Part shown: positions 46,717-56,998 of the stretch, piece by piece | How the letters are laid out: each line of letters starts with the position of its first letter | Numbering within the stretch: position 1 is the stretch's first letter | Assembly (NCBI GenBank): GCA_963697585.1 | Contig: CAVOOO010000009.1 | Location: 28,656-92,655, forward strand | Length of the DNA stretch: 64,000 nucleotides | Direction of reading: 5' to 3' | From: an uncultured Chloroflexia bacterium | GTDB taxonomy: Bacteria > Chloroflexota > Dormibacteria > Aeolococcales > Aeolococcaceae | Notes under the pieces: generated by a model | Told to the model about the DNA's origin: nothing | Databases searched by the model: none | The model's input: only the letters and a program-made list of their open reading frames with translations | Program-made: the position numbers and the translations under genes

Positions 46717-47667
46717 TCACGACCAGGTCATCGTGATGGCGCGCTCGAAGTTGCGCCACCCGGCTCGGAGGAAGGATTTCGCCATCGGGAGGTTCCCCAG
46801 GTCGGTGCTCGCGCGGATCCGGGGCACGCCCTCGTCCGCGAGGATGCGCGTGCCCTCGGAGAGGAGGTCGTCCACGTACCCGTTCCCCCGGTGAGGCGGT
46901 GCGACGCCGATGTAGGCGATGATCGCCCCGTAGTCGTTGGCTGCAGGGATGACGAAACCGACCGGCTCACCCTCGGGCAGCGTTCCGATGCGCCACCAGC
47001 TTCGCGGGCTGCTGTAGCGGGCCAGCTCGTCGGCGTAGTGCAGCGACGCCACCCGGCGCGGAGACGCCGTCCCGGCGAGCTCCCGGCGGCTGTGGGCGTC
47101 GAGCGTGCCGTGCAGGACGCTGGTCATCAGGTCGATCAGCTCGCCGTCCTCGCCCACGGGGCGAAACCGCAGGCGGCGGCTGGGCGCGGCGATCGGCGTG
47201 CCGGGGCGCCACTCGAAACGGAGGCGCTCGACGAGCAGCCGGGCCCCATTCCTGCCGGCGACTCTCATCCGGCTCTCGACCACCCGGCGTGAGCTCGCAT
47301 GGTCGCGCCAGTCGGGTGGGATGAAGCGCACGTAGTCGGGCGGCGCGGTGCCCGCGGGTACGACGCTTCCGAGGGCGGTGCGGAGCAGCGCCGCGCCGAC
47401 CTCGGTGGCATCGTCGTCGCCGCTGATGTCGAGGATGTCGAGGACGGCGGGTTCGGCGTCGTCGGGATGGCCCCACCATGCCACCCGGGCGACCGGCCGT
47501 CCCTGCCGGAGTGCCAGCCACATCCACTCGGGGCGGCGGCGACCGGAGGCCAGGTCCTCGGCCAGCTCGTGGTTGAGCGTGTACTCGAGAGAGCAGAAGA
47601 GGTCGAGCTCCTCAGGCCCGCGGAGGGGGCGCATGGTGGGGCCGGCCGGTGGATCGCTCGACGGCAC
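46717..47667 (-). CDS. GNAT family N-acetyltransferase (two-domain type)
   Basis: C-terminal IAYIGVAPPHRGNGYVDDLL...STDLGNLPMAKSFLRAG. Confidence 0.85.
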   Translation of the reverse strand: MPSSDPPAGPTMRPLRGPEELDLFCSLEYTLNHELAEDLASGRRRPEWMWLALRQGRPVARVAWWGHPDDAEPAVLDILDISGDDDATEVGAALLRTALGSVVPAGTAPPDYVRFIPPDWRDHASSRRVVESRMRVAGRNGARLLVERLRFEWRPGTPIAAPSRRLRFRPVGEDGELIDLMTSVLHGTLDAHSRRELAGTASPRRVASLHYADELARYSSPRSWWRIGTLPEGEPVGFVIPAANDYGAIIAYIGVAPPHRGNGYVDDLLSEGTRILADEGVPRIRASTDLGNLPMAKSFLRAGWRNFERAITMTWS

Positions 47668-48034
47668 TGCGCCATGCTAGGCGAGACCAGCCGCAGGCCA
47701 GATCCCGGCAGCGGCCGCTCGGCCGGGGAGCATCCTCGGAGATGGCCGGCCGGTGAGATGGCAGGCGGGTGGGATGGCGGGTCTGAGCCCGGGCCCGGGG
47801 CCGCCGCCCCGAGGCGCCTCTCAGGTGGCCCGGCGGCGGATCCACCAGCACGGGAGCCCGACCAGGATGAGGGTGAGCCTCTGCCGTCCCCGGTGCGACG
47901 CCGGCCGGGCGCCTGCCGATGTTTGGGTTCCCCGGCGGACGGGTACACAGAGGTGGCGTGGCGCCTCTCGTGTTGGGGTCGTACGTGGAACCCGGTGACG
48001 GAGCGGCGATCTGTATAACCACACCAGCCAGACC

Positions 48035-48328
48035 GTGGACGGGCTCAGGGCGCGCGACCACCAGGTGCGACGCCTTCAGTACGCGCGCCGCCACCGCATC
48101 CGGCTCATCGATGGGCTCCTCAACGAGCTGGAGTTGCTGAACGTGGCGGGGGAGTCGGAGGTGCCGGGCCAGCTCAGCGAGCGGGCGTGCGCGGTGATCA
48201 CGAGCGCCGACACCCATTCGCTGGTGATGCCGCCGGACCACGCGATCCCCATTGCCGACTGGATGACGGCTCTCTTCGAGGTCCAGGACACCCTGATGGT
48301 CTCCCTCGAGGACCGCCCCGCGGACTGA
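48035..48328 (+). CDS. Small hypothetical helical protein
   Basis: GC3-rich frame, amphipathic RIRLIDGLLNELELLN; TATAAC hexamer shortly upstream. Start uncertain. Confidence 0.55.
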   Translation: MDGLRARDHQVRRLQYARRHRIRLIDGLLNELELLNVAGESEVPGQLSERACAVITSADTHSLVMPPDHAIPIADWMTALFEVQDTLMVSLEDRPAD

Positions 48329-48593
48329 CCTGTCGCAGCAGAGGGCGGTGCCTGGCACGCGCCAGATCCCCTCCGCCCTCGGACCCCGGGAAAGGGGGCG
48401 ATCAGCCTCCCCGACCGCGGGGGGCCGCAGAGGCCGGAGGTCCGACCGCGGCGCCGCAGCCTGATCGCCGCGCTCGGACAGCGCAGACGGTTCATTCGCG
48501 TCTGGCGTGGCGCACACGGGGCCATGCGCGGTGCCGGTGTACGCTGCCGTGATCCTGCTCACCACCGGCTGATCAGACGGAGTCGCCCCCGGC

Positions 48594-49778
48594 TTGAACT
48601 TCCTCGCGGGCCTGCACGGAGCCGTCGCCATCGCCCTCCTCGGCGGGTTTCTCTTCGCCGAGGAGGCGGGTGTCCCGCTGCCCTTTGCGCCCGGGGAGCT
48701 CACCCTGCTGGCCGCCGGCCTCCTGATAGCGGCCGGCGGTCTGGACCCCTTCATCTTCATCCCGGTCTCGCTGGTGGCCTGCATCGCCGGCTCGCTGGTG
48801 GGATACACGTGGGCCCGCGCGGTGGGCGACCACGGGCTCCAGGCACTGGCCCGGAGGATCCACCAGCAGCGCAGTCTGGAGCGGGTCTCCCGGCGGGTCC
48901 GGTCCGCCGGGTGGGGCGGGATCGCGGTGTGCCGGCTCATCCCCGGGCTCCGCATCTACACGACGCTGGTCGCCGGCGCCCTTCGGGTGCGCCGCACCAC
49001 ATTCCTTCTGGGGATGGCGCCCGCCACCGTGATCTGGATAGCGGTGTACGTCGCCCTCGGTGTGCTGGTTGGCGTTCCCATCGAGCACTTCTTCACTGCG
49101 GTGCAGAAGCTGGCCATCCAGGGCGCCATCCTGGTCGCGATGGGGGTGGGCTGCTACTTCCTGATCCGGAGGACCCCGGCCTCATCAGGGGCCGGCCTGG
49201 TGCGAGTGCCCCGGCCGGTGCGCGTGGTGATCGCGGCCGTCCTCGACATCGGCGTGGTCGCCAGCGTCACCACCGGCCTGATCGCCCTGGGGCGGCTTCT
49301 CGGTTTCGGGCTCCAGGCGGGCTGGGTGGATCCGGTGGTCGCGCTCCTCGTCGTCGCCGGCTTCTACGTCGTCATCGCCCGGCGCAGCAGCGGGGCCACC
49401 GTCGGAGAGGCCCTCCTCCAGACCAGCTATGCGACCGGCCAGCGCCTGCCGCTGCGGCCTCGGGCCGCCCTCCAGGCCGCCCGCTCCCTGCTGTCCCGGA
49501 ATGCGGACGAGCTCACCGCGACCTCCGACCTGCTCCGAACCCTCGGTGACCCCGAGCGGCTCCGGATCGTGAGCCAGCTCCTCGAGGAGCCGCGAACCGT
49601 CCCCGAGCTGGCCACGCTGACGCGCCAGCCGGCCTTCGAGGTCCGCCACCAGCTGGAGCGCCTCTCGTCCGCGGGCGCGGTGGTGGTCAGTGGCGAGGAG
49701 CCACGGGTGGCCTACGTCATCCGTCCGGATCTGGGGCGAGCCCTCGTGGAGCTTCTGGCCGCGATGCCGGCCGGCTAG
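48594..49778 (+). CDS. DedA/VTT membrane domain + RDD-like segment + C-terminal ArsR-type HTH
   Basis: EEAGVPLPFAPGE, GSLVGYTWAR, CRLIPGLR (DedA); AAVLDIGVV...GATVGEALL (RDD-like); LLRTLGDPERLRIVSQL...HQLERLSSAGAV (ArsR-like). Confidence 0.8.
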   Translation: MNFLAGLHGAVAIALLGGFLFAEEAGVPLPFAPGELTLLAAGLLIAAGGLDPFIFIPVSLVACIAGSLVGYTWARAVGDHGLQALARRIHQQRSLERVSRRVRSAGWGGIAVCRLIPGLRIYTTLVAGALRVRRTTFLLGMAPATVIWIAVYVALGVLVGVPIEHFFTAVQKLAIQGAILVAMGVGCYFLIRRTPASSGAGLVRVPRPVRVVIAAVLDIGVVASVTTGLIALGRLLGFGLQAGWVDPVVALLVVAGFYVVIARRSSGATVGEALLQTSYATGQRLPLRPRAALQAARSLLSRNADELTATSDLLRTLGDPERLRIVSQLLEEPRTVPELATLTRQPAFEVRHQLERLSSAGAVVVSGEEPRVAYVIRPDLGRALVELLAAMPAG

Positions 49779-49799
49779 GCCGATGGTTGGAGCGGACCT

Positions 49800-51470
49800 G
49801 TGAAACGCTGGTGGATCCCGCCCACGCTCCGCGGCTACCGCAGGCCCTGGCTGGTGGCCGACGCCCTCGCCGGTCTCACGCTGGTCGCCGTGGTCCTGCC
49901 GTCGCAGATGGCGACGGCGCGGCTGGCGGACCTCTCGGTGGTTGCCGGCCTCTATGCCTTCGTCGCCGGGTCGCTGCTGTACGCGCTGATCGGCACCGAC
50001 CACCACCTCTCGGTCGGCGCCAACTCCACCATCGCGCCGGTGCTGGCCCTCGGCGTGGGGTCGGTCGCCGCGGTCGGGAGCTCCGGCTACGCGTCCGCCA
50101 TGGCCTTCACCGCCGTGGTGGTCGGCGCCATCCTGATCGGCGTCGGCCTCGTCCGGCTGGGATGGATCTCGGACCTCCTCTCGACGCCGGTCATCACCGG
50201 GATCCTGGCGGGGATCGCCGTCGGCATCATCGCACGGCAGCTTCCGATCATCTTCGGAGTTGGCGGCACGGGGACCACCACCATCGACGAGGTCCGCGAC
50301 CTCGTCGAGCATCTGGGCCGGGTCAATGTCTGGTCGCTGGGGATCGCGCTCGGGGTGCTCGCGATCATGGTCGCGGCAGAGCGGCTGAGCCGCCGGTTGC
50401 CGGGAGCGCTGCTCGGCCTCGTCCTGTCCGTCGTGGTGGCCGATCTCCTTTCCCTGAGGTCGCGACACGGGGTCGCGGTCATCGGTTCCATCCACGGTGG
50501 TCTCCCGAACCTGGGCCTGCCAACCGTCTCGTGGTCGCAGCTCTCGTCACTCGTCGCCACGGTGCTGACGGTTGCCTTCCTCTGCATCGCGCAGACGGCC
50601 GCCACGGTGCGCCGTTCGGGCGCCGCGAGCGCTCCGCGCGCGGGCGATTTCAACAGAGATCTGGTCGCGGTCGGGGCGGGCAGTGTCGTCGCCGGGTTGA
50701 TCGGGACATTCGCGGTCGACGCCAGCCCGCCCAACACGGCGATCGCGACCGCATCGGGTACGCGCTCCCAGCTCACCAACATCCTGGCCGCGCTGGTCGT
50801 CGTGATCGTCGCCGTCTGGTTGACCGCACCGCTCGCCAACCTCCCCGAGGCGACCCTCGCGGCAACCCTCGTGTTCATCGCCACCAAGCTGTTCCGGGTC
50901 GACGAGCTTCGAAGCATATTCCGCTTCGATCGCCTGGAGTTTGCACTGGCCTCGGTGACCGTCCTGGTGGTGGCCCTGGTGGGGATCGAGCAGGGCGTGC
51001 TGCTGGCCATGATCCTCTCCCTCGCGGACCGCACCCGGCGCACCCTCCGACCGCGCGACACCGTGCTCGGACGCGAACCCGGCACCGATCATTGGATCCC
51101 GCGCGACATCGGCAGGCCGACCGAGCAGGTCGCCGGGGTGATCGTGTACCTCGTCTATGCGCCGCTCTGGTATGGCAACTCCGACTACTTCCGGGAGCGG
51201 CTCCGGGAGCTTCTCCACGCCGCGCCGGACCCGGTCCGCACCATCATCCTCGACGCCAACGCGATGTCCGACATCGACTACACGGGACTCCAGGCTCTGC
51301 GGGGTCTGGTCAGTGAGCTGGCTGAGACGGGGGTGGCGCTGGGGATCGCCCGCGCGTCACGCCTGGTCCACCGGGAGCTCAAGCACGGAGCGCTCCTCGG
51401 GCAGCTCGGCGCCGACCACCTCTTCGCCTCGGTCGAGGACGCCGTCACCGCCCTCCAGGGCCGCCGGTGA
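49800..51470 (+). CDS. SulP family anion permease with STAS domain
   Basis: DALAGLTLVAV, GLYAF, LSVGANST, APLWYGNS, LDANAMSDIDYTG. Confidence 0.92.
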   Translation: MKRWWIPPTLRGYRRPWLVADALAGLTLVAVVLPSQMATARLADLSVVAGLYAFVAGSLLYALIGTDHHLSVGANSTIAPVLALGVGSVAAVGSSGYASAMAFTAVVVGAILIGVGLVRLGWISDLLSTPVITGILAGIAVGIIARQLPIIFGVGGTGTTTIDEVRDLVEHLGRVNVWSLGIALGVLAIMVAAERLSRRLPGALLGLVLSVVVADLLSLRSRHGVAVIGSIHGGLPNLGLPTVSWSQLSSLVATVLTVAFLCIAQTAATVRRSGAASAPRAGDFNRDLVAVGAGSVVAGLIGTFAVDASPPNTAIATASGTRSQLTNILAALVVVIVAVWLTAPLANLPEATLAATLVFIATKLFRVDELRSIFRFDRLEFALASVTVLVVALVGIEQGVLLAMILSLADRTRRTLRPRDTVLGREPGTDHWIPRDIGRPTEQVAGVIVYLVYAPLWYGNSDYFRERLRELLHAAPDPVRTIILDANAMSDIDYTGLQALRGLVSELAETGVALGIARASRLVHRELKHGALLGQLGADHLFASVEDAVTALQGRR

Positions 51471-51523
51471 ACGGTCCGATCCCCTGTGGCCGTCGGAGCT
51501 GACCCAGCCCGAGCCTCAGCCGT

Positions 51524-53164
51524 TCACGCCGCCACGGTGTCCTCGGCCTCCTGCGAGGTCGGCACGTGAGCAACCCCGTGTCCACTCACGGTCACCGCGG
51601 TCTCCTTCGCAGAGTTGGTCTGGGGGAGGAAGACGATTGTGACCACGGCTCCGCCTGCGGCGATGGCGGCTCCCAGGAGGAGCGCCGTATCCATGCCGCC
51701 GACAAAGGACGTCCGCACCGAGGCGAGCAGCGACGCCGAGCCGAGCCTGTCCGCAACCGCCACGCCGCCGAAGATACTCTGACGGACGGCGGTCGCCGCC
51801 GCGGCCGGGAGCCCGGCCAGGTGCAACCCCGCGAGGTAGCCGACGCTCAGCACGCTCCCGAGGATCGCGGTGCCCATCGGACCACCGATCTTGTTGACCG
51901 CCTGCAGCACCGCTCCACCGACACCGCTGCGCTCCCGTGACAGCTCGACGAGCGCCGCGGAGGTGGCGGTGGCCATCGACATCCCCACCCCCATCCCGGC
52001 GACGAACATCCAGGCCGCGGTGAAGAGGCCTGTCGAACTCAGGCTGGTCATCGCTCCGACGAGCAGCCCGACCGCGAGCAGGAAGAAGCCGGCCGCGACC
52101 ACGACCTTGGCGCCCACCACCCGGACCACCTGGGCGGCGGGAATCGCTCCGAGCATCAGCCCGGCGATCATCGGCAGCAACCTCAGGCCGGAGCCCATCG
52201 CGTCGGTGCCGACCACGCCCTGGAAGTACTGAGGCAGGGTGAAGAGGATGGAGATCATGGCCAGCACCGGCAGCGCGGCCAGGATCACGCCCCAGGTGAA
52301 CGAGGCCGAGGTGAAGAGCTTCATGTCCAGCAGCGGCTGGCCTCCGGCCAGGCGGCTCAATCTGCCTTCCCAGAGAAGGAAACCGACCAGGACCGCAACT
52401 CCGACGATCATCAGGGTCAGAGCGCCGATGTCCCCCCAGCCGTTCTGGCCCGCCTCGATCAGACCGTACGTGAGGGTCACCAGCCCGGCGGCCGACGCGG
52501 CGATGCCGAGGATGTCGATGCCCGGACGCTTCGCGGCGCGGGTCTCCGGAACCAGCGCGATCAGAGCGGTCAGTCCGAGCAGGGCGACCGGGACGTTGAT
52601 GAGGAAGACCCAGCCCCACCAGAACTCGGTGAGCATCCAACCGCCCAGGATCGGTCCGATCGGGAAGGAGATGAAGTTGGCTGCCGCCCAGAACCCGACC
52701 GCCTTGGGTCGCTCCTTGGCGGTGAAGAGGACGGTGACCGCGCTGACCGCCATCACGATGATCCCCGCCCCGGCCATCCCCATCAGCACCCGGGTGGCCA
52801 TGAACTCGGCCACCGACGTGGAGAACGCAGAGCCCGCCGACCCCACGGCAAAGAGCCCGAGCGCGAGCAGCATCACCCTCTTGCGCCCGAAGCGGTCGCC
52901 GAGAAGCCCGGCCGGCAGCATCGATGCCGCCATCACCAGGAAGTAGATGGACATGAACCACTGGAGATCGGATTCCGATGCGTTCAGCGCCTTCGAGAGC
53001 GTCGGCAGAGCCACGCTCAGCACCGTCCCGTCAACCCCCACGGCGAGGCAGCCTAGGCACACGGCGCTGAGCGCCCACCACTTGCGGTTTCCGCGGCTGG
53101 TCGTGGCGCGGTCGCTCGCGGCCTCGACGCCGGCAACCCGATCCGGCACCCGCTGATCAGTCAT
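51524..53164 (-). CDS. DHA2-type MFS efflux transporter
   Basis: VDGTVLSVALPTL, GLLGDRFGRKR, WWGWVFLINVP; about 14 TM segments. Confidence 0.9.
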   Translation of the reverse strand: MTDQRVPDRVAGVEAASDRATTSRGNRKWWALSAVCLGCLAVGVDGTVLSVALPTLSKALNASESDLQWFMSIYFLVMAASMLPAGLLGDRFGRKRVMLLALGLFAVGSAGSAFSTSVAEFMATRVLMGMAGAGIIVMAVSAVTVLFTAKERPKAVGFWAAANFISFPIGPILGGWMLTEFWWGWVFLINVPVALLGLTALIALVPETRAAKRPGIDILGIAASAAGLVTLTYGLIEAGQNGWGDIGALTLMIVGVAVLVGFLLWEGRLSRLAGGQPLLDMKLFTSASFTWGVILAALPVLAMISILFTLPQYFQGVVGTDAMGSGLRLLPMIAGLMLGAIPAAQVVRVVGAKVVVAAGFFLLAVGLLVGAMTSLSSTGLFTAAWMFVAGMGVGMSMATATSAALVELSRERSGVGGAVLQAVNKIGGPMGTAILGSVLSVGYLAGLHLAGLPAAAATAVRQSIFGGVAVADRLGSASLLASVRTSFVGGMDTALLLGAAIAAGGAVVTIVFLPQTNSAKETAVTVSGHGVAHVPTSQEAEDTVAA

Positions 53165-53452
53165 GGGAGGCTCTCCTGTGGCTGGCTCGCTCCGAAGCCG
53201 TCTCAGCCGGGCGCACCGGGCGAAGCTCAGAGTGCGCGGGACCGGGCAACAAGCGCAGCAATAGCCCGTGCGATGCCCCGGGCGCGGGACTGATCGGACC
53301 CCTGGCGTACCTGCCGCCTCTGTGCGGCAGCGCACAGACGGGCGGCGTTGCCAGGCGGAGAGTGCGGACCGGGTGGGGCACGCGAGCTCTCTGAACTCCC
53401 TCCCCAGGGAGCCGCGAGCCCGCCTATCTGTGCGGGGTGGCCGGGCCCTGGC

Positions 53453-54556
53453 TCACGGCCTCGCCCCGTCCGGCAGCTCGTCAGGGAGGTCGAGGCGGGC
53501 CACGCCGATCTGGTCGTCGGCCATCCCGTAGTAGACGTCGAAGCGATCGGGTGCACCCAGGTCGTCCCGGCAGTCGATGCCGGTCGGGAACACGACGTTG
53601 GCGATCGTTCCCTGGCGCTCCTGGGGCAGCTCGGGCGCCAGGATGGGTTCCGCCGAGCGATACCTGATCCGTCGCGGGTGATCGTTGGAGAGGACCATGA
53701 CCCCGGCTGAGTAGGTCGGCAGATGGCCGCCGCCGCTGGGCCCGTTGAGGTCGCTGACCCCGTGGTAGATGACCAGCCAGCCGTGCCGGGTCAGGACGGG
53801 CGGCGTCCCCACCCCGATCTTGAGACGCTCCCACGACGACACCGGCGCCGCCAGGCGGTGATGGGAGGTGAACGGCGCGAGGTGGTGCGACCCGTTGGCC
53901 GGGCTGTGCGTCCGGCTGTAGGAGATCCAGATGCTCTCGCGGTCGAGCTGCTCATCGCCGGGCCTGGGGTGATGGTCGATGCCATCACCGTGCGTGCCGG
54001 CAAAGATGGGCCGGTGCAGCAGGGCCAGCTCGGGGTTGCCGGACGGATTGGGAATGAACACGGGGAAGAGGGTGGCGTCCTTGTTGTCGACGCCGTCCAG
54101 CTGGATGCCCTGATAGGGCCCGAACTCCGCCAGGCCCAGCCGCGTCCAGTGGAGCAGGTCGTCGGACACCGCCAGCGCGATCCGCGGCCCGCTGGGGGAG
54201 AAGGCGGTGTAGGTCATCACGTACTCGAGGAGCGGCTCCACGAAGGTGATGCGCGGGTCCTCGCAGCCGCCGCCGTCAGGCCGGATCTCGTAGTCGGCCT
54301 CGGGCTCGAGCGCGATGCCGAGACGCTCCACGCCACAGGGATCCCCATCGGCGTTGAAGAGAACGCGAGCGATGCCGATCCGCGAGTAGTTCCCCCGGCT
54401 CACCAGTCGCGGAAAGAGGTAGAGCTGCCCGTCCGGGCCGCGAACGGCGGCCGGGTTGAGCACGCCCTCCGCCTCCTGGGGGTTGCCCGGCTCCGGGGCC
54501 ATGATCGGCCAGAGGCGGTGCATCTGGAAAGGGTTCAAGACTTTCACGGGACTCAT
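53453..54556 (-). CDS. GH130 family glycosidase/mannoside phosphorylase
   Basis: VLNPAA, GCEDPRIT, DNKDATLFP, LLHRP, KIGVGTPP, WLVIYHGV, NVVFPTG, YYGMAD. Confidence 0.88.
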   Translation of the reverse strand: MSPVKVLNPFQMHRLWPIMAPEPGNPQEAEGVLNPAAVRGPDGQLYLFPRLVSRGNYSRIGIARVLFNADGDPCGVERLGIALEPEADYEIRPDGGGCEDPRITFVEPLLEYVMTYTAFSPSGPRIALAVSDDLLHWTRLGLAEFGPYQGIQLDGVDNKDATLFPVFIPNPSGNPELALLHRPIFAGTHGDGIDHHPRPGDEQLDRESIWISYSRTHSPANGSHHLAPFTSHHRLAAPVSSWERLKIGVGTPPVLTRHGWLVIYHGVSDLNGPSGGGHLPTYSAGVMVLSNDHPRRIRYRSAEPILAPELPQERQGTIANVVFPTGIDCRDDLGAPDRFDVYYGMADDQIGVARLDLPDELPDGARP

Positions 54557-55335
54557 GACTCCGCCGCCGAGGCCGCGGCACCCTCCCGGTCGCCGGCGAG
54601 GCAGGCGATGATGGTCTCGATCACCAACCGGGTGTCATGGGGGTCGCGCACCGGGATGGAGACGACCCCCGCCTCCTCGGCCGGGTAGTCGTTACCGCCC
54701 GGGAAGAGCGCGTCACCGACGAAGACCATCTCGGCCAGGGACACGCCCAGGACGTCTCGAAGCTTCCTGATGCCGTAGGCCTTGTCGATACCGGGCTTGG
54801 TCACGTCGATCGACGTGGCACCGCCCATGCGCACGGAGAACTCGGGGATGAGGGTGTCGAGAGCTGCCGCAATCCGCTTCCTCTTGGCGTAATCGGGGTC
54901 CCAGCTCTCCTTCTCGGAGAGGGGAGCCTGCTGGCCCAGTGCGGAGAGCGTGATCTGGCTGCCACGGTCCTCGATGATCTCTCCCCAGACCCTCGCCGGC
55001 CAGAGACCGGTCGCCTTCAGGGCTGATCCCAGCGCACTCACGATCTTCTCCCGCTCCGCGGCGGTCAGATCCTCCGAGTACAGCCTCGTCCAGCCGGCGG
55101 CGTATCTGTAGAACTGCGTGCCGCAGGTGGGGAGGAGGAAGAGGTTGGCCAGGCGCTCGTCCCGGGCGAGGTGGGAGAGCAGCTGCTTCTCGAACTGAGG
55201 CCAGCTTCCTCCGGAGATCACGGCGACCTTGACGATGCCGAGCAGGTCGTGCAGCAGCCCCGTGATCTCGGCATCGGGAGCCGACTTGCTCGCGGCCAGC
55301 GTGCCATCCAGGTCAAAGACGACCAGCCGCTTCAC
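54553..55335 (-). CDS. HAD-IIB hydrolase, eukaryote-type phosphomannomutase-like
   Basis: FDLDGTL, VISGG, IEDRGSQIT, WDPDYAKR, GGATSIDVT, FVGDALFPGGNDYP. Confidence 0.82.
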   Translation of the reverse strand: MKRLVVFDLDGTLAASKSAPDAEITGLLHDLLGIVKVAVISGGSWPQFEKQLLSHLARDERLANLFLLPTCGTQFYRYAAGWTRLYSEDLTAAEREKIVSALGSALKATGLWPARVWGEIIEDRGSQITLSALGQQAPLSEKESWDPDYAKRKRIAAALDTLIPEFSVRMGGATSIDVTKPGIDKAYGIRKLRDVLGVSLAEMVFVGDALFPGGNDYPAEEAGVVSIPVRDPHDTRLVIETIIACLAGDREGAAASAAES

Positions 55336-55342
55336 CTCTCCC

Positions 55343-56437
55343 TCACGTCGGGCGCACGGGTGGACCGGGCTCGGGCTCCGGAGCGACCGCGCCGCGAGCG
55401 GTGGAGGACTCCGGGAGCGCCACCTCCAGCAGGCTCACCGGCCCCCTGGGCCGCAGGATGCAGGAACCCACCACGGCGGGCAGGAGCAGCACCTCACCCC
55501 GCGCGATGGGGTACGAGGCGCTGCCGTGCTCGACCTCGCCGGCCCCCCCGATGCACACCAGGATGCGCGGCACACCGGCCGCGCCGACCCGGAACGGGAG
55601 CTCTCCCTGAAGGCGCCGCACCGAGAAGTGCTCGCAATCGAACAGCCGCTCCGACCGGACCGGCGCCAGGGTCTCGATCGCGGGCAGCACGGGGCCCAGG
55701 GCAACCTGCGTGAAATCGGTGCACGCGAGGGCCTGATCGACCTGCAGGTCACGGGGCCGCCCTGTGGTGGGATCGATGCGATCCCAGTCGCAGAGGCGGA
55801 AGGTCACGTCGCTGTTCTGCTGCACCTCGAACACCACGACGTCCCCGCCCAGAGAGTGCACTGTGCCGGCGGGGAGGAAGACGGCATCGCCGGGATGCGG
55901 CCTGAAGCCGGCCAGCTGCGAGCGGATGGCGGCGCCACCCAGGGCCCGCCCCAGGCTCTCCGGGGTGGTGCCGGGCTCGAGCCCGGCGTAGATGCGACCC
56001 TCCGGACCCGCCTCCAGAACCACCCACGCCTCGTTCTTGCCGGTCTCATGCGCGGGGAGGTAGCGCGTCTGCCGATCCGATGGGTGGACCTGGACGGACA
56101 GCAGCTCACGGGCGTCGAGGAACTTGAGCAGCAGCGGGAAGCGGTGGAGCCGGGGCGCCCCGCGTCCGAGCATCTGCTCCGGGAACTCCGCGAGCAGCTG
56201 GCGGAGGCTGACCCCGGCGAGGGGACCGCTGGCCACGCGGCTCTGATGGTCGGGACGGTCGCTGAGCACCCACGCCTCGCCGATCGGACCATCGCCCGGC
56301 AGGGGGGCGGTCATCAGCTCCGCCAGCCGTCGCCCGCCCCAGAGCCGGTACTCGAAGATCGGCCCGAAGCTCAACGGATAGAGGGCCCGGTCGCCGGCAT
56401 GCGCCGTCATTCCGCGGCCCGATGCCGTCATCTCCAC
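55343..56437 (-). CDS. manA: Mannose-6-phosphate isomerase, class I (cupin); start may be slightly downstream
   Basis: WGGRRL, IGEAW, FPLLLKFLDA..LSVQVHP, KNEAW, PAGTVHSL, EVQQNSDVTFR. Confidence 0.88.
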   Translation of the reverse strand: MEMTASGRGMTAHAGDRALYPLSFGPIFEYRLWGGRRLAELMTAPLPGDGPIGEAWVLSDRPDHQSRVASGPLAGVSLRQLLAEFPEQMLGRGAPRLHRFPLLLKFLDARELLSVQVHPSDRQTRYLPAHETGKNEAWVVLEAGPEGRIYAGLEPGTTPESLGRALGGAAIRSQLAGFRPHPGDAVFLPAGTVHSLGGDVVVFEVQQNSDVTFRLCDWDRIDPTTGRPRDLQVDQALACTDFTQVALGPVLPAIETLAPVRSERLFDCEHFSVRRLQGELPFRVGAAGVPRILVCIGGAGEVEHGSASYPIARGEVLLLPAVVGSCILRPRGPVSLLEVALPESSTARGAVAPEPEPGPPVRPT

Positions 56438-56475
56438 GTCGGCCTCGCCCGGCGCCGCAGCGGCGCTCAGGGCGG

Positions 56476-56904
56476 CTATCCGGAGGCTCCAGGGTGGCGC
56501 ATCACCGGCGCCACGGCGGCCACCGGCGTGTCTCCCCGGCGGTCCGCGATCGGCGCGGCGTCCGGGGGCGGGTCTGCCGCGCTCACCACTCCCGGCTGGA
56601 TCTGCGCGTGGCCGCGCAGCTCTCTCAGCTCGACCGCATCGGTCAGCTGGTGGCGGCGGCGGCGCCTCCAGATCACCCCGACCAGGCTGGTCAGGGCGAC
56701 CGCCAGCACGATGGTGGCCAGCAGTGCAACCGCCAGCGACAGGCTTCCGGTCCAGGCCAGGTAGCTCAACCTGACCCCCTGTGAGTTCTGGACGATGCCG
56801 ATGATGATCGCAACGGCGACCACCAGCGTGAGGATCACCGTCCAGTAGAGGCCGGTGCCTCGGAACTGCCGGTGCCTCGTGTCGTTGCCCTCACCACTGT
56901 TCAT
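56476..56904 (-). CDS. LapA/DUF1049-like small membrane protein
   Basis: TM1, QN motif (IVQNSQGVRLSY), TM2, then poly-Arg (WRRRRRH). Confidence 0.7.
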   Translation of the reverse strand: MNSGEGNDTRHRQFRGTGLYWTVILTLVVAVAIIIGIVQNSQGVRLSYLAWTGSLSLAVALLATIVLAVALTSLVGVIWRRRRRHQLTDAVELRELRGHAQIQPGVVSAADPPPDAAPIADRRGDTPVAAVAPVMRHPGASG

Positions 56905-56998
56905 TGGGTACCTCCCGCCGCTGGCTTCGGATGATTCCTCGGGTCTTCCTCGCCGCGTCTTACCGAGCGGCGAGGCGTGGCCGGACCCCTGGTCTCGC

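Noticed and set aside
48330-48593. Riboswitch upstream of the DedA fusion
   Set aside because: GC-rich hairpins can form, but I found no fluoride or other riboswitch consensus.
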